Shown one piece after another: positions 58,560 through 64,000 of a stretch of 64,000 nt of DNA. Under the pieces are notes generated by a model. The model worked only from the letters and a program-made list of their open reading frames with translations. It was not told the origin of the DNA and ran no database searches. Position 1 is the stretch's first letter. Every line of letters begins with the position of its first letter. Both the position numbers and the translations under genes were made by a program. The DNA is from Candidatus Omnitrophota bacterium (GTDB lineage Bacteria; Omnitrophota; Gorgyraeia; Gygaellales; Profunditerraquicolaceae): the NCBI GenBank assembly GCA_041653955.1, contig JBAZEH010000003.1, positions 6,558-70,557 on the forward strand, in the 5' to 3' direction.

Positions 58560-59017
58560 AAAGGTGTCTTTCTGTAATTGTTATATTTGTTTTTGGTATT
58601 ATAATGCTTTCCGGATGCGCTGGCGCTTCAAGGAAAAACGATATATCTAAAAGCGAAAGCTTTTTAGAGCCGCAGGCTATGGGTAAATTTAATGATATCC
58701 CCGCACCGGCAGGCTTTAAATCTATTCCTGCCGAATCTTACGCCTTTGAAAGCTCCGGCGTAAGGGTCGGGCTATTGAGGTATAGGGGAAAAGCCGATAT
58801 TGAGAAGGTGGTAAATTTTTACAAGGACCAGATGCCCCTGTATAATTGGAACCTGTTGAACGTAGTAGAATATGGAGAGCGCATGCTTAATTTTGAGCGC
58901 GAACAGGAGACCTGTATTATAAACCTTTCTTCCAAGGGCAGGAGCATCACGATTACTGTCTCTTTGGGCCCAAAATCGGTAACAAGGGCGAAAAGGTCCA
59001 CTACGCCCGTCAAATAA
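58556..59017 (+). CDS. hypothetical lipoprotein
   Basis: Signal peptide with lipobox LSGC. Confidence 0.55.
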   Translation: MKRCLSVIVIFVFGIIMLSGCAGASRKNDISKSESFLEPQAMGKFNDIPAPAGFKSIPAESYAFESSGVRVGLLRYRGKADIEKVVNFYKDQMPLYNWNLLNVVEYGERMLNFEREQETCIINLSSKGRSITITVSLGPKSVTRAKRSTTPVK

Positions 59018-59036
59018 GCATTCGTAAGAAACTACT

Positions 59037-59065
59037 TGACAAATAAGGGGTTATGTGGTAAAAAA
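59037..59065 (+). promoter_or_regulatory. sigma-70 type promoter for the porin-like gene, long (~185 nt) leader
   Basis: TTGACA (59037-59042) - 17 nt - TAAAAA (59060-59065). Confidence 0.4.
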
Positions 59066-59250
59066 GGTGAAAGCTAGGTTATACCACTGGAGATGGTTTT
59101 AATCTTAGGTGAAAAGGAGGTGATACCCTACAAATAAGCCTGAAACCAGCGAAGATCCAGTGATATACATATATAGAAATTCTCTAGGAAACAAAATTTA
59201 AACCCTAGTTCAATATATTTAGGTTTGAATCCTTAAAGGAGGAAACACAA

Positions 59251-60579
59251 ATGAGTAAACGCTTGATATTAATGCTGGTTCTCGCGTTTGTAGTCGCCAT
59301 CACGGGCGCTGCGTACGCAGAGGTCCAGAATGTAAAAGTAAGCGGAGATATCACCGTTAGCGGATTATCCAGGGAGAACTTCAATCTCTCTCAGGGTGTT
59401 GACGGCGACAAGAAAGAGGACCATGAAGATATTTTCATGTCCCAGATCCGCTTGAGAGTTGACGCAGACCTTACGGACAATGTAGCAGCTACCTTAAGGT
59501 TGATCAATGAAAGAGCATGGGCACAGGAAAGCAACACAAACACCGATATTGACCTTGACCTCGCTTATGTTACATTAAAGGAGTTCCTTTATTCTCCTTT
59601 AACCCTGACCGTAGGCCGTCAGGAGATGAGGTTTGGTAACGGGTTGATCATCGGTAATGGCAGGAACACCGGAACCACCGCTCTCAATGTCCCTCAGGAC
59701 TTGAGCTTGAGAAAGGCGTTTGATGCCATACGTGCAACATTGGATTATGATCCTTTGGTGCTTGATGTTTTCTATGCCAAGCTTGAAGAGAATACAGGTA
59801 CGCAGAATGACGATGTGGACCTCGCAGGTGTTAACGCCCGCTATGATGTAAATGCCAACAACTCCGCGGAAGCGTATCTTTTCTTCAGAAAAGACAGCAA
59901 TGATGCCGACGTGGCAGCAACAGATAAATCCGACAGGGTTTATACGTTAGGCGCATTGTTGACCAACACCGCTATAGAGAACCTCAAGGCGTCCATCGAA
60001 GGCGCTTATCAGTTCGGTCATCGCAGGGCTGCAGGCGGCGAGACTGATTACAAGGCATGGGCATTACAACCTATGTTGACCTATGATATCAGAGGGACCA
60101 AGCTTGATAAGTATCTTCCGCAGGTAGGTTTATGCTATACCTATCTATCAGGCAATAAGGTTTCCGATGATAGCAGCCGTCAGCTGTGGAACCCGATGTA
60201 TTATGACCAGGCATTGAACAATATCACCTACGCGATCTTACCTTTCAGCAACCTGCAGGTCATAAACCTCAAAGGTAAAATGAAACCAGCAGACGATGTG
60301 ACCTTAATGGCAAATTATGGTTACTATCGCCTCGCCAAAAAGGTAACCAGCTTAAAAGCTCCTTTTGCTAATTCTGATAACACCAACTATGGCTCCTACA
60401 CCATGAAGGGCGATAAGGATCTCGGAAGCGCCTTAGATCTTACAGCCATATATGATTATACGGAAGATGTCCAGTTAGGTTTAACAGCTGGTATGTTCTT
60501 CCCCGGGAAGGCGTTTGACAGCCCGTCCGGTGATGGCAAAGCTGTACAGGTCATAGGTTCAATGAAGGTTACTTTCTAA
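59251..60579 (+). CDS. outer-membrane beta-barrel protein, porin-like
   Basis: Signal peptide ...ITGAAYA/E, alternating amphipathic beta strands, C-terminal ...KVTF (terminal Phe). Confidence 0.65.
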   Translation: MSKRLILMLVLAFVVAITGAAYAEVQNVKVSGDITVSGLSRENFNLSQGVDGDKKEDHEDIFMSQIRLRVDADLTDNVAATLRLINERAWAQESNTNTDIDLDLAYVTLKEFLYSPLTLTVGRQEMRFGNGLIIGNGRNTGTTALNVPQDLSLRKAFDAIRATLDYDPLVLDVFYAKLEENTGTQNDDVDLAGVNARYDVNANNSAEAYLFFRKDSNDADVAATDKSDRVYTLGALLTNTAIENLKASIEGAYQFGHRRAAGGETDYKAWALQPMLTYDIRGTKLDKYLPQVGLCYTYLSGNKVSDDSSRQLWNPMYYDQALNNITYAILPFSNLQVINLKGKMKPADDVTLMANYGYYRLAKKVTSLKAPFANSDNTNYGSYTMKGDKDLGSALDLTAIYDYTEDVQLGLTAGMFFPGKAFDSPSGDGKAVQVIGSMKVTF

Positions 60580-60598
60580 GTAATTCATGCACAGTTAC

Positions 60599-60636
60599 AA
60601 AACCCTCGGGGGAGTGATCCCCCGAGGGTTTTGTTT
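60599..60636 (+). terminator. rho-independent terminator
   Basis: AAAACCCTCGGGGG-agtgat-CCCCCGAGGGTTTTGTTTT. Confidence 0.85.
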
Positions 60637-60699
60637 TAGGAGTAAAATACACCGGATGATCCGATACATTCGGGCGAATCGAATTCTTAATAATTAATT

Positions 60700-62250
60700 A
60701 TGCTCTACCTTTCTTTTATCTTCCATATGCACCAACCGTACTACCAGAATCTCCTCACGCGCGAGATGCCGATGCCCTGGGTGCGTTTGCACGGCACCAA
60801 GGATTACCTGGATATGGTCAAGATACTTGAAGGTTACCCGAAGATACATCAGACCTTTAACCTTGTCCCTTCCCTGGTAGAACAAATAGAGGATTATGTT
60901 AACGGCAGCGTGCATGATAAATTCTTGGAGTTATCTTATAAAAACGCGGATGACCTGGACCTGCAGGAGAAACATTTTATAAGAGAAAACTTTTTTATGA
61001 TAAATAAGGAGCGGGTTATCTGCGTGCACCCGCGATACTTTGAGCTTTATAAGAAGAGGGAATCAGGAGCGGAATATAATACAAAGGATTACCGTGACCT
61101 TCAGGTTTGGTTTAACTTAAGCTGGATAGACCCTTATTTCAGGGAGAGGATACCGGAATTAAAGAGCGCGGTTATGAAGGCCAGGTTCTTTAGCGAAGAG
61201 GATAAGCGCGTTATCCTGGATAAACAGACGCAGATATTAAAAGAGGTCATACCCGGATATGCGAAAGCGGCTGGTGCCGGGCAGATAGAAGTAACCATAA
61301 GCCCGTATTATCACCCTATATTACCTCTGCTTTGCGATAATTCCGTCGCCCGCGAAGCTAACCATAAAGCCGCCTTACCCAGGACTAATTTTAAATATCC
61401 CGGAGACTGTAAGGCGCAGATAGATGAGGCGGTAGAATTTTACCGCCAAAGGTTCGGCGGGGCTGCCCCCGAAGGTATGTGGCCCTCGGAAGAGGGTGTA
61501 AGCGAACATATATTGCCGTATATAATCCAATCCGGCATAAAATGGATAGTTACCGACGAGGCCATATTATTCCGTTCCTTAAAAAAGAAAAAGAGGGACA
61601 CAGGCCTTTTATATCAGCACCACCTTTTGCGCAGGAAGGACGGCGACCTCAATATATTATTCCGCGACAGGGCGCTTTCCGATCTGATAGGTTTTGTTTA
61701 TAACAGCTGGAAAGCCGAAGACGCGGCTAATGATATGATGAAACACCTGCAGAATATTGCGGATGTCCATAAGGAGAAAGATATATTAGTGGTTATTGCT
61801 ATGGATGGAGAGAACGCCTGGGAGTATTTCCCGGGGGACGGGCATCCTTTTCTGAACGCCTTATACAGCCGCCTATCCGATTCAAGTAATATAAAAACAG
61901 TTACCGTAAGTGAATACTTAAAAGAACACCCCGCGAAAAGCCGGATAAAACATTTAGCGGCAGGCTCCTGGATATACGGTGAGTTTGGCAAGTGGATAGG
62001 GAGCCATTACAAGAACAAGGCGTGGGAGTGCCTGGCGAAAGCGAGGAAAGAGCTGGATAATATTTCAGGATTAAGCGAAGAGGAGGCGCGAAAGGCCCTG
62101 AAGCAGATACATATCGCTGAAGGCAGTGACTGGTTCTGGTGGTATGGGGATAACCACGGATATTTTGACGGCCTCTTTAGAATGCACCTCTCAAATTTTT
62201 ATAAAATAATAGGTAAAGACACCCCCGAATATCTGAAAACTCCGCTATAA
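60700..62250 (+). CDS. glycoside hydrolase family 57 protein (GH57 alpha-glucan branching enzyme / amylase type)
   Basis: FHMHQPYY N-terminal GH57 signature, (beta/alpha)7 catalytic core with conserved E and D region, ~516 aa as in GH57 branching enzymes. Confidence 0.8.
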   Translation: MLYLSFIFHMHQPYYQNLLTREMPMPWVRLHGTKDYLDMVKILEGYPKIHQTFNLVPSLVEQIEDYVNGSVHDKFLELSYKNADDLDLQEKHFIRENFFMINKERVICVHPRYFELYKKRESGAEYNTKDYRDLQVWFNLSWIDPYFRERIPELKSAVMKARFFSEEDKRVILDKQTQILKEVIPGYAKAAGAGQIEVTISPYYHPILPLLCDNSVAREANHKAALPRTNFKYPGDCKAQIDEAVEFYRQRFGGAAPEGMWPSEEGVSEHILPYIIQSGIKWIVTDEAILFRSLKKKKRDTGLLYQHHLLRRKDGDLNILFRDRALSDLIGFVYNSWKAEDAANDMMKHLQNIADVHKEKDILVVIAMDGENAWEYFPGDGHPFLNALYSRLSDSSNIKTVTVSEYLKEHPAKSRIKHLAAGSWIYGEFGKWIGSHYKNKAWECLAKARKELDNISGLSEEEARKALKQIHIAEGSDWFWWYGDNHGYFDGLFRMHLSNFYKIIGKDTPEYLKTPL

Positions 62251-62259
62251 TCTTACCTA

Positions 62260-62288
62260 TTGACACGCAAGGGGTTTTGTGTTATAAA
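62260..62288 (+). promoter_or_regulatory. sigma-70 type promoter; -10 only 8 nt upstream of the ATG, so the downstream gene may be leaderless
   Basis: TTGACA (62260-62265) - 17 nt - TATAAA (62283-62288); ATG at 62297, no SD. Confidence 0.45.
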
Positions 62289-62296
62289 AATTCCAA

Positions 62297-62863
62297 ATGG
62301 TAAAGAAAGATATTTACGAACACCTTGCCGATATTTATCTGAACGCTTCTTCAAAAAAGAAAAAGAAGTCTAAGAAATATCCGAAGGAAACCAGGACATT
62401 ATTTCTTGTAAGCGCCGGTATAATATTCATTTTATCCGTATTTTTATTGGCCAGCTTCAAGAGGGGAGGGGGAGCACTGGATTCCGAGCTCGCCCTTATC
62501 GTGTCTCCGGAAGCCGTCAAGATAAATTTCCACTTTGACCCCGCCCGCAAGGAAAGATACTCCCTTGACCTTAATAAGCTTGACCTGAAAAGATATTCGG
62601 CCCTGGCGTTTTCCGCAAGAAGGGCCAACTTCAAGGACAATGTGGCCCTTAGGATAGAATTCATCAATTCCTTTAAAGAAAAGTCGGAAATATACATAAA
62701 GAATATCCCGCACAAATGGAAAACCTATAATATAAATTTCTCTGAATTTAAGCGTATTAATGACTGGTCCAGCATGTCATCCCTGGATTTTATCATGGAG
62801 GAGTGGAACGTGATAGAGAAGAACGGGGTGATCTACCTGGATGACGTAAGGTTTGTGAAATAA
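62297..62863 (+). CDS. hypothetical protein: Lys-rich N-terminal tail, one TM helix, ~130-aa C-terminal domain
   Basis: MVKKDIYEHLADIYLNASSKKKKKSKKYPKETRT then LFLVSAGIIFILSVFLLASF; no known domain recognised. Confidence 0.5.
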   Translation: MVKKDIYEHLADIYLNASSKKKKKSKKYPKETRTLFLVSAGIIFILSVFLLASFKRGGGALDSELALIVSPEAVKINFHFDPARKERYSLDLNKLDLKRYSALAFSARRANFKDNVALRIEFINSFKEKSEIYIKNIPHKWKTYNINFSEFKRINDWSSMSSLDFIMEEWNVIEKNGVIYLDDVRFVK

Positions 62864-62883
62864 CCAAAGAGGAGGGGAGCCAT

Positions 62884-63990
62884 ATGCGTATTATCTCTGT
62901 TACCAACCAGAAGGGCGGCTGCGGAAAAACCACAACGGCGGTAAATTTAGCGGCGTCATTATCCAATAACAAGCGCAAGGTACTGCTTATAGACCTCGAT
63001 CCCCAGGCGCACGCGACATTGGGGTTGAATATTAAAGCGGACCTTTGCATCTATAACGTGCTCTCAAAGCTTACCGGTAAAAAAGCCAGGCTGCAGGATA
63101 TCATACAGAAAGTAGACGATAATTTTGATATCGCGCCTTCAGGCATAGTATTAAGCACCCTTGAACAGGAGTTGGCAGGAGAGATAGGCAGGGAATCGCG
63201 GTTATGGGATACTATAAATAACTTCAAGGGCCATTACGATTACATAATAATAGATTGCCCCCCTAATTTAGGTATCCTGACTATAAACGCGATACGCGCG
63301 ACCAGCGAGATATTGGTCCCTGTTGAAGCCAGCAGGTTCTCGCTTGAAGGCTTAAGCCAGCTTATAGATATAATAAACCTGGTCAGGGAGAGGCTTGACC
63401 ACAGCGTAGATTACCGCGTCCTGGTAACCAACTTTGACTCCCGCCTGCGCCATTCATTCAAGATGCTGGATAAGATAAAATCCGCTTTCAAGGATAAGGT
63501 ATTCGGAACTATTGTCCACGTGAACGTAAAGCTTAAAGAGGCCCAGAATGAAGGGACGCATATATTCAGCTACGATAAATATTGCCGCGGAACAAAGGAT
63601 TATTTCAGCCTCTCCCGCGAGATAATCACGCTGGAGAAGGATCCGCCGATGGAGAGGCCGGACCTTAAGGCAAAGATGAAAGAGATCCTTAAAGAAGAGC
63701 TTCCTAAGATTGATAAAAGCGTCAAACTTACCGAAGTCGTATTTTCGGTATTCGCTCCGGAGGCAAAAGAGGTCCATGTCGCGGGTGATTTTAACGGCTG
63801 GAAAGTTGACGGCAAAAGCCGTATGGCCAATAATAGCGGGACCTGGAGCAGGAAGATGAACCTTGATTCCGGGCGTTACCATTACCGTTTCGTTATTGAC
63901 GGGGAGTGGACCGAAGATTTTAATAATCCTAAAAGGGAGATGAATCCCTTTGGCCAGCTGAATTCTCTTATTGAGATAAATTCCTGGTAA
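62884..63990 (+). CDS. ParA/Soj-like P-loop ATPase fused to a C-terminal CBM48 (AMPK-beta glycogen-binding) domain
   Basis: Deviant Walker A KGGCGKTT at residues 10-17 and ParA fold (IIDCPPNLG). C-terminal ~85 aa VVFSVFAPEAKEVHVAGDFNGWKVDGKSRMANNSGTWSRKMNLDSGRYHYRFVIDGEWTEDFNNP matches the CBM48 / AMPK1_CBM glycogen-binding module. Confidence 0.8.
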   Translation: MRIISVTNQKGGCGKTTTAVNLAASLSNNKRKVLLIDLDPQAHATLGLNIKADLCIYNVLSKLTGKKARLQDIIQKVDDNFDIAPSGIVLSTLEQELAGEIGRESRLWDTINNFKGHYDYIIIDCPPNLGILTINAIRATSEILVPVEASRFSLEGLSQLIDIINLVRERLDHSVDYRVLVTNFDSRLRHSFKMLDKIKSAFKDKVFGTIVHVNVKLKEAQNEGTHIFSYDKYCRGTKDYFSLSREIITLEKDPPMERPDLKAKMKEILKEELPKIDKSVKLTEVVFSVFAPEAKEVHVAGDFNGWKVDGKSRMANNSGTWSRKMNLDSGRYHYRFVIDGEWTEDFNNPKREMNPFGQLNSLIEINSW

Positions 63991-64000
63991 TATATGGATA

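Noticed and set aside
1-64000. CRISPR arrays, IS elements or integrases, T-box leaders upstream of valS/hisS/aspS/glyQS
   Set aside because: No regular direct-repeat/spacer arrays; no transposase- or integrase-like ORFs. aaRS genes have either no leader (translationally coupled) or leaders of 60 nt or less without specifier/T-box (AGGGUGGNACCGCG) motifs.

Overview
All ~60 protein genes I can support in this 64-kb window lie on the + strand; I could support no minus-strand gene, and I treat the minus-strand ORFs in the track as antisense shadows. The window reads as a co-directional, mostly housekeeping stretch of an (apparently anaerobic) bacterial chromosome; I cannot assign the organism.

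Protein content, in order:
- Start of window: cdaA (3' end), pdxJ, acpS, an NAD(P)H-hydrate dehydratase, a thyA-family gene and gpsA.
- Amino-acid and CoA metabolism: hom, thrC, a standalone coaB, apgM, cstA, lysC, a cimA/leuA-like synthase.
- valS, nadC, uvrB, coaX, then groES-groEL behind a perfect CIRCE operator.
- guaB-guaA, then dnaE, a prepilin-like gene, HU, hisS and aspS.
- A phoH / 7TM-HD (PgpH-like) / ybeY / recO block.
- panE, yajQ, polX, apbE, nfnA-mgtE-nfnB, a GT2 glycosyltransferase, panB, glyQS, ppdK, a sigma-70 family factor and apt.
- End of window: a porin-like OMP, a GH57 glucan enzyme, a Lys-rich small membrane protein and a ParA-like ATPase fused to a CBM48 glycogen-binding domain.

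RNA genes: tRNA-Thr(UGU), tRNA-Tyr(GUA), tRNA-Gly(UCC), tRNA-Pro(GGG) and tRNA-Arg(CCU).

Findings most worth a second look:
1. tRNA-Tyr is split in its anticodon loop by a 204-nt insertion. The insertion carries group I intron core motifs (CAGAGACUA, AAGAGAUAGUCC, GAGCCAAGC) that resemble the small IC3 tRNA introns of Azoarcus and Anabaena.
2. dnaE (1601 aa) carries a ~457-aa intein with a LAGLIDADG endonuclease between GYGFNK and SHSAAYA. It has Cys1, a terminal HN and Ser+1. The site is 3 residues away from the classic cyanobacterial DnaE intein site.
3. A palindromic repeat family (GGGACACCC-N15/16-GGGTGTCCC) sits at four gene 3' ends. At uvrB and glyQS it supplies the last codons and the stop codon.
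4. The GH57 / Lys-rich membrane protein / ParA-CBM48 cluster looks like a candidate ParA-type positioning system for glycogen granules.
5. A ~146-nt structured element with a 19-bp closing helix lies between the groEL terminator and the guaB promoter. It is a candidate small RNA.
6. Second-messenger genes are dense: cdaA, a PgpH-like HD protein, three PilZ proteins and YajQ.
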